DNA from: Eledone cirrhosa
Taxonomy: Eukaryota
Assembly: GCA_964016885.1 (NCBI GenBank)
Contig: OZ024741.1
Span: forward strand, 119,536,001-119,600,000
DNA: 64,000 nucleotides
Direction: 5' to 3'
Part shown: in pieces, positions 40,287 through 52,292 of the stretch
Layout of the letters: each line of letters begins with the position of its first letter
Numbering within the stretch: the stretch's first letter is position 1
Made by a program: the position numbers and the translations under genes
The notes under the pieces: model-generated
Told to the model about the DNA's origin: nothing
What the model saw: the letters and a program-made list of their open reading frames with translations, nothing else
Database searches by the model: none

Positions 40287-43200
40287 ATGTCTGTAATCAT
40301 TCGATTGCAAGGCCTTCCATGGTCTGCTAGTGCCATGGATATTCGGCAGTATTTCCAAGGATTAAGTATCCCTGACGGGGGTGTACATATTGTTGGTGGA
40401 GAACGCGGAGATGCCTTTATAGCATTTGGCTCTGATGAAGATGCACGGCAAGCTATGTTACGCACAAATGGTCAGATCAATGGAAACACAGTGCAATTAT
40501 TGCTCAGCAGTAAAACTGAGATGCAAAGTGTGATTGCTTTAGCCAGAGAAACTGTACCTGCCCAAGCTTATAGTAAACCTGCACCTGTTGCACCACCATC
40601 AACAGGACCACCAAGTGGTCCACCTCCTGGATCTTTAAATGATGCTATACGTTCATTAGGACCACAGAATCATACAAATTTTATGCCAGATAGAAGTGTT
40701 CCTCCTCCAAGAAATATGGATTACCCTAACAGAAATTTTCCATCAGTTCCTACAGATATTCGAAGTACTTTACCACCCCCCACAACTAACACTGTCCCTG
40801 GATTACCACCTATGCCTGGACTTCCCCCTGATCCAAAGTTTGGACCAAATCTTGTAAATCCAAATACCATGAATCGTGATCCCTATTTTGTACCACCAGA
40901 ACAAGATAACATTAACAGACCCCCAATGGATTTTCGCCATACCGATGCTTCTGGTGATTACTCTATGAACCGTCGACCAAATTTTCCACCCAACCAAGAT
41001 CCCAGAGTAGAACATGGTGCAAACGATCAAAGACAGTTTGGGGCTGTAAATGTAGGTGCCCCTCCTGGTGGATTTATGAACATGAGAGAGGCACATTTAA
41101 ATTTACCCAATTTCCCAGTTCCACAACCCAACAGAAACATGGCAATGTCTAATCCTCCCATGCAGCCAGCTGAGTTAATACCACTAGGAAAACCTCCAGG
41201 GCCAGAGGTGATGCCTCCATACCATACTGAACGTAAAAATGATTTTGAGGCCAATCAGGGTAGTATGCGACCGAATATTCCAGTTCATCATATGCCTCCT
41301 GCAAATATTAATAGACCAGACCAAAATAGAGGTGAATTTCAACAATCTGGACCTCCAAGGCTTGATTTGGTACCACCTATAACGAGAGGTGTCGATAAAT
41401 TAAATCAGCCCAATCAACCTCATGCAAATGACTCCACTAGCACTAACCCAGATCCACTTCACCCAATGAATTACATGAGGAATGAACCTTCAAGACCTGA
41501 TATTCCAAGACATGATCAGGGACGTCCAGATCTAGGGCCCCATGAGCCTAGTATGGGAAGGCCAGAAGCAAATAGAGGTGACATGGGGCGACGAGAACCT
41601 ACCAAACCTGAAGCTGGGCGCCATGATTCTGGCAGGGTTGATTCAGGAAGAAGTTACAGTGGGAGGCATGAATCTAGATTTGACAGTCCCCACCCTGAGG
41701 TGAACAGAACTGAACATGTGAGAACGGATCAAGAAAGAACTGAATCTCTAAGACTGGAAACTGGAAGAATGGCTGCAAACAGATCTGATACTAATAGACC
41801 AAATAGCACTGGGAGGTCTGACATTTCTACTAAAGTTGATCCGAACAGATCAGATTCTGCAAGAAATGAATCCAGTAAAACTACAGACTCTAGCCGCCAT
41901 GAATCCAGTAGGAGTGAATCAAATCGATCTGATTCTGGCCGCCACGATTCCAAATCTGATTCTGGCCGACATGATTCCAGGTCGGAGTCTGGTAGGCATG
42001 AATTTAATCGATACGATTCTGGTCGGCATGACAGCAGTCGTCATGAGCGCAGTCGTGATGATGGAGGTCGATATGACAGACATGATCGAGGAAGAGATGA
42101 TAGCCGTTATGATAGAAGAGATAATCGGAGAGATTCCAGATACGACAGCCACTATGATAGTGGCAGTGTTAGACATGACAGCAGATACGAAAGTAGTGGG
42201 CGTTATGATACCCAACATGATTCTGGTGGTCGCTATGAGAGTTCAAGAAATGATTCCAGGCACGACAGTGGCCGTGGTGGTGACAAAGCTCCACCAAATA
42301 GAGGAATTGCTGCCGGGTCTCGAGAATTTGATCGAGGTGGTCGAGATAATCCAAGTAAAATTGATTCTGGAAGTTCAAACAGGCAATCTGGACCACCTAT
42401 GGATCCATATAAAAATAGTGGTCCAGGAGAAATCAATAATAGTAATATCAATAACAGAAAAGGACGTATGGAAATAGGTGGAAATATGAACAGAAATAAT
42501 AGATCGAAAACTAACGACTATGGACTTGATGGTAGGAGAGATTATAATTATGGCCAAACCCCACCTAGAGATCAAGGATTCCCAGGTTCTGGGCCTAGCT
42601 TTGAGGGGCAAAGATTTCCTGACAGACCTTTAGGTCATCCTGATTGTCCTCCCTTTGGCGACCAAAATATTGGGGATGACCCTAATATGTTTGAAGGGAA
42701 AGATAAAATCTATGATGATACTGACATGAGTGGATTACCTAGAGGTATCTTAGGAGATGCACCTCCTGGGTTTTTACCTGGTCAACCTGGTCTTCCTCAT
42801 GAGGGCCAAACTAATTGGGGTGATGATGGCTATGGCATGAGAGATGATCGAATGCCGGGAGATAGGCCTGATGATTTCCGTAATGAATGGCATGATGAAG
42901 AAATGAATATGGGTCCACCATTCTCTCAACCTAATTCTTGGAATGATATGCCACCGAACCAACCTCCATATCACAGAAATGATGGTCCACCACCCTTCCC
43001 TAGAAATGATCCATATGGAAGATATGACAGCCCCAACAGAAATGACAGAGGTGGTCCCCCTGGTCGAATGCCAGGATCACTTATGGAGGATAGAAAATAT
43101 GGCCCCCCTAATGAAATGAATTTTGGTTCTGGTGAGTCTGGCAATAGACGGCCTGGAAATATGGATGATAATTCTATGAGAGGTATAAAACGGGGACATT

Positions 43201-44705
43201 GTGAACCTGATTTATTTGTTGAAGTAGTTGGTTTACCTTACAGTGTGGGCTACCGTGATGTTCGAAGATTCTTCTCGGGGTGTACCATTCCCCGAGATGG
43301 TTTGAAACTCATCAATAATGATAAGGGGCGAAGAGCTGGCAATGCTTTTATAAAATTTGCTTCCGAGCAAGACACTGCTGAAGCATTTGCACGTCATGGA
43401 AATTTCATAGCAAACCGATATATAGAGATATACCGATGCACATTGGAAGATTTTGAAAATGCTGTTGATTCCTTTGTGCCCAAAGCAACTCATGGACCAC
43501 CACAAAATAAAATAATGAGAAGCGATAATCCAAATGAAAATAGTCCAAGGGAAATGTCGACCATGAAACCAAATCCAAGCAATGATATTCCTCCACTTGT
43601 TAAACCTTCCAAAGAAACGAGTGGAAGTACTGCTGATAATAATAATACTACATCGTCTACTTCTCCTATTATTCAAATCAAAGGTATTCCTCTCAATGCG
43701 ACAAATGATGACATTGTAAAATTCTTAAAAGATGTTAATATTTCCAACCCCAATACTTGTATTGTGATTGAACACGACAGCCGTGGTAAGAACACGGGTG
43801 TGGCTTATGTGGAAATTGTGTCACAGAAAGACTACGAAACTTCTCTCACTTATGACGGACGTCACATGGGAGGAAGACTTATTCGAATTGTTGAAGGGAA
43901 CAAGAAAGATATGTCACTTTTACAAGAGAAAGAGAAAAAGGGAGTTTCAGAAAAATCTTCCCCTAATAAAAATCAGAAAGACATTTCAAAACCTGTTGCC
44001 AAAATAGATTCAAAAACTGCTATTAGTGAAAATATATCTAAAATTTCTGATGCTAAAGCTCAAGATAAAAAATCATTATCCAGTGGTAATGGGAAAAAAA
44101 ATGAAACTCTCACATCACACCCAGTCCCTTATTACTGTGTCAGCTTAAAGGGACTGCCTTTCGCTGTAACTACTAATGAGATAAAAGAATTTTGTCAGGG
44201 TTTAAATATTGCACCTCGGGGTATTCAAATTGTTTACGGAAAAGATGGTCGTACAACTGGGCAGGCATTTGTGGAATTTGTGACAAGTACGGATTGTGAA
44301 AAGGCTGTTGCTCGTGACAAGAAGTATGTAGGAAAACGTTATGTTAATGTTACTGCAGTTAGCAAAGCTGAAATGATGGATTGTTTGAAACAAGCCAGGC
44401 AGGCTAATAATATGCAAAATAACACAGACTCTCCTACACCCCCTTTTATGGTTCATGGTGGTAAACAGTATGAGTATGTTAAAGGTGAAAACTTTCCTCC
44501 TACTGTGTCTATTGGAGAAATTCTTAACTTCTTTAGGGGTTACTACCCAGTGCCTGAGTCAATTCGACTTCATTATGCTGATGATGGTAGACCTACTGGT
44601 AATGCTATGATAGGATTTCTTACAAGAGACGAGGCTTTAAAAGCTATGGAGGAATTAGATCACAAACCATGTAGAAAAAATGTTGTCACATTGCGTAAGG
44701 CATGA
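40287..44705 (+). CDS. RBM12: RNA-binding protein 12-like (RBM12/RBM12B family), 1472 aa, single coding exon, 5 RRMs
   Basis: The N-terminus MSVIIRLQGLPWSASAMDIRQYFQGLSIPDGGVHIVGGERGDAFIAFGSDEDARQAM matches RBM12-family RRM1. Four more RRMs follow (VEVVGLPY, IQIKGIPL, VSLKGLPF, KGENFPPTV..GRPTGNAMIGF). Long P/G- and RHDS-rich linker. Confidence 0.93.
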   Translation: MSVIIRLQGLPWSASAMDIRQYFQGLSIPDGGVHIVGGERGDAFIAFGSDEDARQAMLRTNGQINGNTVQLLLSSKTEMQSVIALARETVPAQAYSKPAPVAPPSTGPPSGPPPGSLNDAIRSLGPQNHTNFMPDRSVPPPRNMDYPNRNFPSVPTDIRSTLPPPTTNTVPGLPPMPGLPPDPKFGPNLVNPNTMNRDPYFVPPEQDNINRPPMDFRHTDASGDYSMNRRPNFPPNQDPRVEHGANDQRQFGAVNVGAPPGGFMNMREAHLNLPNFPVPQPNRNMAMSNPPMQPAELIPLGKPPGPEVMPPYHTERKNDFEANQGSMRPNIPVHHMPPANINRPDQNRGEFQQSGPPRLDLVPPITRGVDKLNQPNQPHANDSTSTNPDPLHPMNYMRNEPSRPDIPRHDQGRPDLGPHEPSMGRPEANRGDMGRREPTKPEAGRHDSGRVDSGRSYSGRHESRFDSPHPEVNRTEHVRTDQERTESLRLETGRMAANRSDTNRPNSTGRSDISTKVDPNRSDSARNESSKTTDSSRHESSRSESNRSDSGRHDSKSDSGRHDSRSESGRHEFNRYDSGRHDSSRHERSRDDGGRYDRHDRGRDDSRYDRRDNRRDSRYDSHYDSGSVRHDSRYESSGRYDTQHDSGGRYESSRNDSRHDSGRGGDKAPPNRGIAAGSREFDRGGRDNPSKIDSGSSNRQSGPPMDPYKNSGPGEINNSNINNRKGRMEIGGNMNRNNRSKTNDYGLDGRRDYNYGQTPPRDQGFPGSGPSFEGQRFPDRPLGHPDCPPFGDQNIGDDPNMFEGKDKIYDDTDMSGLPRGILGDAPPGFLPGQPGLPHEGQTNWGDDGYGMRDDRMPGDRPDDFRNEWHDEEMNMGPPFSQPNSWNDMPPNQPPYHRNDGPPPFPRNDPYGRYDSPNRNDRGGPPGRMPGSLMEDRKYGPPNEMNFGSGESGNRRPGNMDDNSMRGIKRGHCEPDLFVEVVGLPYSVGYRDVRRFFSGCTIPRDGLKLINNDKGRRAGNAFIKFASEQDTAEAFARHGNFIANRYIEIYRCTLEDFENAVDSFVPKATHGPPQNKIMRSDNPNENSPREMSTMKPNPSNDIPPLVKPSKETSGSTADNNNTTSSTSPIIQIKGIPLNATNDDIVKFLKDVNISNPNTCIVIEHDSRGKNTGVAYVEIVSQKDYETSLTYDGRHMGGRLIRIVEGNKKDMSLLQEKEKKGVSEKSSPNKNQKDISKPVAKIDSKTAISENISKISDAKAQDKKSLSSGNGKKNETLTSHPVPYYCVSLKGLPFAVTTNEIKEFCQGLNIAPRGIQIVYGKDGRTTGQAFVEFVTSTDCEKAVARDKKYVGKRYVNVTAVSKAEMMDCLKQARQANNMQNNTDSPTPPFMVHGGKQYEYVKGENFPPTVSIGEILNFFRGYYPVPESIRLHYADDGRPTGNAMIGFLTRDEALKAMEELDHKPCRKNVVTLRKA

Positions 44706-47700
44706 AAAAAGAACAAAGAAAGATAAATTACAGACTGTCTCTTGACTCAAAGACTGAGTACTCATTTTTCATGCTTTATATCCATCCAGTTTGTGACTCA
44801 CTTTTGTTAGCTATGAATTCCTAAAAACAAAACATTCACCACAAGAAAATATTTTTTAAAAAATATTTATTATTTTATTTTTTAGTTTCATTTCTTGTTA
44901 TGGTTAGATTTATCAAAATTGTAAATTCAAATTTTTGAAATTTGAGTGCTTTCTCTTTTATCATTGAGTTTAGACAAAATAATTTCTAAATAGTTGAGTG
45001 CAATTTTGGACTATATGAGGTCAGCTATGTTAAGCCTTCTATTTATTGATTAGTTTTATAAGTATGATCATTCCTGTTTTGGTAACAATCTGCTTAGTTT
45101 TACTTTTCTTTAGCTTAATGATGCTACTAAAAATCTGAAGACAGATTTCTTGTTAATTTCTACTTAATAGTAATTCCAGTAGATATTGCTCAAAAACATG
45201 TATTTAGAATGTCTGCTAGGTCAATGAGTTTATTGAAATATTTTTTTTAAAATTATTTATTTTTATATAATGTCATGGTTTGGTAACCCTCTTTTCTCAA
45301 TTAACATTTGTAAATATGTCAGTACTGTTGAAAATGATAGTATAATTTACATCCTGCTCATCAGTATCATTGCCATTGTCATCCACCGCTTCCTCGTCAT
45401 CGTCGTCTTCATTTGTATCATTCTGTTTATCACTTCCAACATTACACCAGCTTTAAACATTCTCAATTTATTAACTGAGCTAACATAATATTGAGTCATA
45501 TTTGGATAGAAGACACTGTTTTTTTTAAAACTTACAAAGACAATATATGGCATGTATTTTTTTTGTTTGTTTGTTAAATAACAACAACAACTGGAGACAT
45601 CAATGTGAATAATCACTTTTCCTCTCATCTTAAAAATAAACATCATCAAAAGGATTCTTTCTCATTGAATCAAAATTAATATTTCCTGGGGGAAGAAGAG
45701 ACCCTCATCACTCAGATCTCAGCTTGAAAACTGCTGAGGAGATCAATACAAAACATTGGATATATATATATATATATATATATATGGATCAGTATCAGTA
45801 TTTATGAAGTTTGTAACATAACATAACATAGCATCATTGAAAATGGCTTAGTTTGAAATAATGAAACAAATGTTGGGTTTTTTTTAAAGGTCCTTGTACC
45901 AGTTGAAACTCATTGTTTAATATACAAACCTGTATATTTCTTTGTAGTGTTGATATTTGCCTGAATTCATTTCAGAAAGTTTCAATTAAAAAAAAATATA
46001 TATTATTGTACAGTTTTTAGATGTCTTTTCTGTCAGCATGATGTTTGGTGACATTCATGGACTAAAACAACAGAATGGAACAGTAATGAAAAGGATTAAA
46101 AAAAAAGTTTTGCTGGTGTAAATAATTACATATTTAATCCTTATAAATTTTGGTACTACAAAAAAAGAAACCAAACTAAACATTTTGTTTGTTCTTTTTC
46201 TTATTAATCATTTGTTTTTTGTTATAGGAAAGAAATGAATTTATAAATAACTTATTATTTTACGGTTAATTCACTGATCTACAATATGAATGTGTTTCTA
46301 AAAAGTATGTCTGTCTTGAGTAGTCCACCACAAGATTAAACCCCTAGTTACTGCCGGTACTAATTTTTCGCTGAATATACTGGAGCAATGGGAAATGAAG
46401 TGTTTTGCTCAAGAACACAACACACAACCCAGTCCAGGAATCGAATCCACAACATTATGATCATAAGTTCAACACACCACTAGGCCACACACCTAGGGTG
46501 TTTGGCTCACAGTTATAAGGTTATGTGTTTAATTCTCAGACCAGGTGATGCCTTGTGTTCTTGAGCAAGGCACTTCATTTCACATTGCTCAAGTTCACAG
46601 ACAATATGAAGATGTGTGGCCCAGTGGTTAGGGTGCGAGGCTCACAATTATAAGGTCATATGTTTCTCAAACTGGGTGACACCTTGTGTTCTTGAACGAG
46701 GCACTTTATTTAACACAGTTGAAAATGAATAACATTATCATCATTACTTGAGAGAACAAATGCAGTCATTCAAACATCTACACAAGTCAAACAAGGAAGG
46801 TGCCCTGTGAGATAGAATGGCTGACATATACAGTGTGTTCACTTTTTATGCGAAGATGCATTCGTGAATCCAGTGTGTAAAGTAAATTCGCGTAATTTAA
46901 GTGTAATTTTCTGAAAAATAAAAAACCACACGTTATTCGTGCAAACTGAATATTTAATAATATTCTTTTAAGACATGTTAAAGCAAATTCACGTAGGCAG
47001 AGAATTAAACTATTTTAACAAATCTTTTGTATAGTGAATTATAAATTGAAGAGAGGAGATGGAGAACATGGTATTTCTTTTGCTCTCCTTAGAAATGAAA
47101 AGAAATTTATAGCTCTCACCTATGCAGTTTTCTGGCCTCCTATGAGGTTGTATTTCATAGGTTTCTTGGGTGTTTTAATGATGGAAGCTCCTGTCCTATC
47201 TTGAAAAGTAATGTGAAATGAAGCGTCTTGCTAAAGAACACAACATACCATTCCAGACCAGGAATTGAATCCACAACTTGTGAATCCAACAACCACTAGG
47301 CCATGGCCACGGCCACTCACCTTGGAAATATGCACAAACTAAATTCAGGTCTAAGCCTGAATTATCCCCTTTGATACCAGCCTGCCTGAGATTATCCTTG
47401 ATTCTTTTATTTTTAAAATGTCCCATTTTCAAATTTGAACCTGTCCATCTGTTAAACTATGTTCCAAACAACAGCTTCATAATAGAGAATTTACTTATTT
47501 TACAGGATTTCTCCAAATTCTTGATTATCTTAAATGTATGGGTAATATATTTTAGTAATAGTCATGAAAGGTTTAATAGTGATCCATTTGGGGATCTAAA
47601 GGAAAATTTCCGCTGATATTTTTTATTTCAGTGTTCTTCATGGAATCAAATCTGCATGATTTTGATTCTTGTAGCAAATATACCTGAGATTAAATTGGTT

Positions 47701-48002
47701 GTTTAGCCCTAGGTCAGCCGTGTGTGAGCAGATCTATGATCATCCTATCTTTATCATCAAGCTAGTATATAAGACTATATTGTTTAGTTAGTGATAGCTA
47801 TACAAACATATATACATCTATTATTCATTGTGTGCTTCCTTCTTTTAAGACGATATGGTATAATTTGAGGAAGATTATGCTGCTATTTCTAGCAGATCAA
47901 ACAACCCTTTCATGACCATATTTCTAATGAAATAATTCAATTAATTAATGAAGTTTGAGGAATTTACAAAGATAACTTAACATAAGGTTCTGATATAAAA
48001 TT

Positions 48003-50268
48003 ATAATAATAATAATGAAATTATTGTGTAAAGTGCTCAGGTGTACTACAACTCATCAAAGGTGTATGTATAGTACATAGAATAATACACAAATGTCAGG
48101 GAAGTGGTATACATGTGTGTATGTGTATGGAGGGGGAACATTAGCTGTAGTATTGGTGGATCTCGGGAAGTATGGAGGCCTTAAAGGATGCAGTGTCTCG
48201 ACAGCTAACAACTGATGCAGGTAGTTTGTTCCATGCTTCAGCAACTCTGAGCGTGAAAAAATGTTTCCGAAAGTCATGGGCATGTCCACGTGTGTTAAAC
48301 ACATGGAAATCAAAAAGGTACTCAGGGTTGTTGTTGGCAAGATGGTTAACAATTTTGTGAGTATTTACCAAGTCAGTTGCCAGGCGTCGGAGCTTCAATG
48401 TATCCATGCCCAGGGAAGCAAGGCGCTTAGAGTATGGTAGATGCCTGATGGAGGGTATTCGCTTGGTTGCACGTCTGAACAGTTTCCAGGCGGTCAATGT
48501 TCTGAGCTAGATAGGGGTTCCAGACTGGTGATGCAAATTCTAAGTGTGGCCGCACCATAGCCATGTACAGCCTTAAATAGATATCTGGAGAGCGGCTGAC
48601 AAAGGTCTTGCTAAGACACTCTCGGCCCTCTTGACAATTTTAGAGACGTGCTTCGTCCAACGCAAATCGCTGCTGACCGTAATGCTCAGGTCACGTTCAC
48701 AAGAAGACTTCTTGATATTAGTGCTGTGGAGGGAGTATGTGGACGCTGGGTTTTTACTCCCAAAATGCATGGTGGTGCACTTGTCCACAGCTAGCTTGAG
48801 TTGCCAGTCTGAGATCCATTGTTGCATTATGTTCAGGTCAGACTGCAAGCAAGATCAGGATCTGTCCTTTTTATCTCAAGGTACAGCTTGATGTCATCTG
48901 CGTACTTTAGTACCGTGGCATTCTTTAAGTTGACATCTATGTCATTAATATATGCCACAAACAAAAGGGGGCCAAGATCAGATCCCTGTGGTACACCAGA
49001 TGACATCTCATAGGGTGAGGAATGCTGTCCCAGAACCGTGACTACCTCTCTTCGACTGAGAATGAAGGACTTCAACCAGTTAAAAAGATCATCCTTCACA
49101 CCCATTGCAGAGAGTTTTGCCATAAGCCTTTTGTGTGGCACAGAATTGAAGGCTTTCGCAAAGTCAAGGTAAACAACATCCACCCATGAGCCGCCATCAG
49201 TGATCCGGGTGATGTCCTCAAGAAACTCTATAAGTTGATCACAGCAGCTGGAGTTGGGGATAAATCCAAATTGCGAGGGCCGGATAAGACTGTGAGAGCT
49301 CCAGAAGTTCCAAAGTGTTTCTCTGACACAGGATTCCATCAGTTTGGCGATGCAACTAGTAAGACTGACTGGACGATAGTTCACAGGTGATGTGCGGTCA
49401 CCCTTTTTGAACAGAGGAATGACACTGGCAGTTTTCCACTGTTCTGGAGTAGCACTGTTGTTCAGACAGAATTGGAAGAAGCGTGATAACTGGTGCAGAA
49501 GGAAGTACCCACCACGTTTAAGAAGCAGGTACGTAACACCATCAAGACCAGGAGAGGCATGGTTGCGTTTATTTTTTAGGTGACGTCGCACATTGCAGGT
49601 GTAAATTCCATGGTTGTAATAGAGTCTGGTGTCATAGGTGGTGGAGATGGTACACTCTCGTCTTCAATAGTGAAAATGCCTGCATAGCATTCAGCAATGA
49701 GCTCTGCGCATTCCTTGGGGTTGTCAGTAACCTGGTTTGTGTGGGGATTGCGAAGAGGACCAACTGGAGAGTGAGGCTTCTGCTTTGAGTGAACATACTT
49801 CCAGGGCTGGTTGCTAAGCGCTGCTCAAATTGAAGCACTGCCTTTTTTGTCACCTGTTTGAGGTGGTTGGACGATCTATTTCGCCTCTTCCTATTAATGT
49901 CTGATTTGTGAAGTTTGTACTCACATTCAGCATTGCGCCGTTCTTTTCTGGCAAGACGGACTGCTGCAGTCTCCCAAATTGCACTTTTGGGATGTTTTTT
50001 CCGCTTACGTGGCACCGATGCTGCACATGCTGTCCATATTGAGCTCAGGATGTTCTGGAGTACAGTGTTGACATCTCCAGTGTCGTAGAACTCAAGCCAG
50101 TTTGGCCGTTGCAACTCGGTGCAGTAACAGTTCCAGTCTGCTTTATTCTAGTCAAAGTGAGCAGTTTGGAGATGGTTGTGGTTCTTGTTACTGCCCATGA
50201 GGGATAGATTGGCAATGATCATAGCATGATCAGAATCACCTAAAGGTTCCTCAGCAGTAACACTAATG
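48003..50268 (-). mobile_element. CR1-clade LINE, 5'-truncated and frameshifted (copy 1)
   Basis: End of the endonuclease (PLGDSDHAMI), RT motifs VVYLDFAKAFNSVPH, SGVPQGSDLGPLLF and LKYADD, C-terminal HFFTLRVAEAWNKLP, and an (ATT)n 3' tail. Inserted into a family-B TTAA MITE. Confidence 0.93.
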
Positions 50269-51226
50269 TTGGAAAATTTTGGAAAATTTTAATTTAAATA
50301 AGAACCTTTTAGAATGGGTGGTTTTGTTTTATAGAACCAGAGCCAGGCTGGTATCAAAAGGTTTATAAAAAAAAAGTGGGAAGTGGGGGAACTAAAATTA
50401 AGTTCTGTGTGGTTTAGATGTTTTCTCTACAACCATATGGTTTGGGGTTCAGTCCCACTGCCTTGTCATTGAAATTTGATAGTCAGAAACTGCAGAAGCC
50501 TGTTGTGTGTGTATATATTATACATATATGTGTGTGTGTCCTCGTGTTTATTTTTACTGTTTGTTTATGACCTGTAAATTAGTGATTGGACATATTGATA
50601 AAGTAAGTACTAGACTTGAAAAAATAAGTATTAGGCTCAAAATGACAGACTAAAATCTTTGAAGGTGATGCCCCATGACAGATTAAGAAAAGAGTAAATG
50701 CCATAAAATTAACATGTATAAATTGGTAGCTCACTCTTGCTAGCAGATGTTTAGTATTTTGAGTAGAACAAGGGTTTGGGAGAATTTTTTAGTTGTACTG
50801 AAAATATAGCAACCACCTTAGTGCTAGTGCTGAAATGCACCCAGTACACCCTGTAAAGTGGTTGGTGTTAGGAAGGACAGCCAGCCATAGAAACCATGCC
50901 AAAACTAGAACCTAAGCAAGAGAACAGTAACTCTGATTGGAAAAGTGGATGATGATAATGGATCTTCATACATTGTTGTAGTTAAGTACACACAACTTGT
51001 AAATATTAACCACAACAATATCAGATGTGAATTAAGTATGATGCCACTCACAATTGAGTATCACTTGAGAGTATGTACCAATGATATGTAAAGCTACAGT
51101 TAACAAATATAGAGTTATGACAAGGAAAAATAGTCTTTTTTTTTTCTTTCTTTATATATAAATACATTTTACACAAAATCTGTAGTGTTGTTCTAAATAC
51201 ATTTAGTTTTGATGTGTACTGGAAAA

Positions 51227-51242
51227 TCAGAGGTTTTCATAT
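51227..51242 (-). CDS. ADCK5: ADCK5 terminal coding exon ((R)YENL*)
   Basis: ttctttttgtttcAG|A TAT GAA AAC CTC TGA. Phase matches the preceding exon. Confidence 0.65.
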
Positions 51243-51852
51243 CTGAAACAAAAAGAAATATAAAATTAATTTTAAAAGAAAATATTAACTCTTTCATTAG
51301 CATATTTCTAATGAAAGTTACTGCCTATAATTTCAAATAATTTCAAAAATAATCAAGAATTTGGAAGGAGTTAGATGTTAGTGAATTGGATTCACAATCA
51401 TGAAGTTGTGATTCGATTTTGGGCGATACGTTGTCCTTAAGCAAGACACTTTATTTTACATTGCTCTTTCTGCCAGGAGTTGTTACTGGTAGATAGTATC
51501 AGCAATGGAAACATTGTTTGCTTGGCCTGATTTGATGAGTTCCACCCAACTTGGTAAGTGAATGAGGTCTGGGACTTTGTCGATTGATTACTAAAAATAA
51601 TATACTTGACATTCTTATTATTAAGCAAGTATAGCTTAAGGTTCTCAAATAAAATTATGATGGAAGGTTTTTAGATAAATATAAACACTTTAAAACAAAC
51701 AATTTCATATAGAACAGGATGGCAACAGTTATATGGTGTACCTATTCTAAATTTGATAGACAAGAACTGAGTTTTAAAATATACAGATATAAAATTATAC
51801 AACTAATCTGGAAAAAAAAAAACATGTAATATGAATAAGTTTGAAATTTTAC

Positions 51853-51966
51853 CTTTTCCTTTGTGTGTCAATAAGCTCTTTAAGTTGCTGATATTCTGGA
51901 TGGAACCCCAATAAGTAGAGAAAGCGAAGATATGTAAAAGCTAACCAAAGTTTGAGATTTTCAATG
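51853..51966 (-). CDS. ADCK5: ADCK5 exon (IENLKLWLAFTYLRFLYLLGFHPEYQQLKELIDTQRK)
   Basis: AG/GT boundaries, phase 2-2, 114 nt. Resembles the ADCK5 hydrophobic C-terminus. Confidence 0.8.
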
Positions 51967-52292
51967 CTGGAAGTGCAAATGAGATCCATTGATCAGTAAT
52001 GTAATGAATTTTCTTATTATTATTAATAAAGAAATCATTATAAATAAAAATTAATATTAAAAGGTTGGTGGATTGGCGATATCCACAGAGCTTTGTGGCA
52101 TATAGTTACATCTCTTTAAGTTCTGTATTCAAATCCTGTTGAGGTTAACTTTGCCTTTCATCCTCATGGGGTCGATTTATTTGACTTTCCTCTCCCAGAA
52201 AATCAAGTCCTCTTTGGATTTTGGTCTTTGTATTAATTATTATTATTATATATATGTGTGTGTGTGTGTGTGTTAACATTTACTTTTAATAA

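Noticed and set aside
41836-42477. 213-aa overlapping ORF in another frame, plus several antisense ORFs within RBM12
   Set aside because: The M/I/V-rich composition is the expected frame-shifted reading of the RHDS repeat codons. No domain is recognisable.
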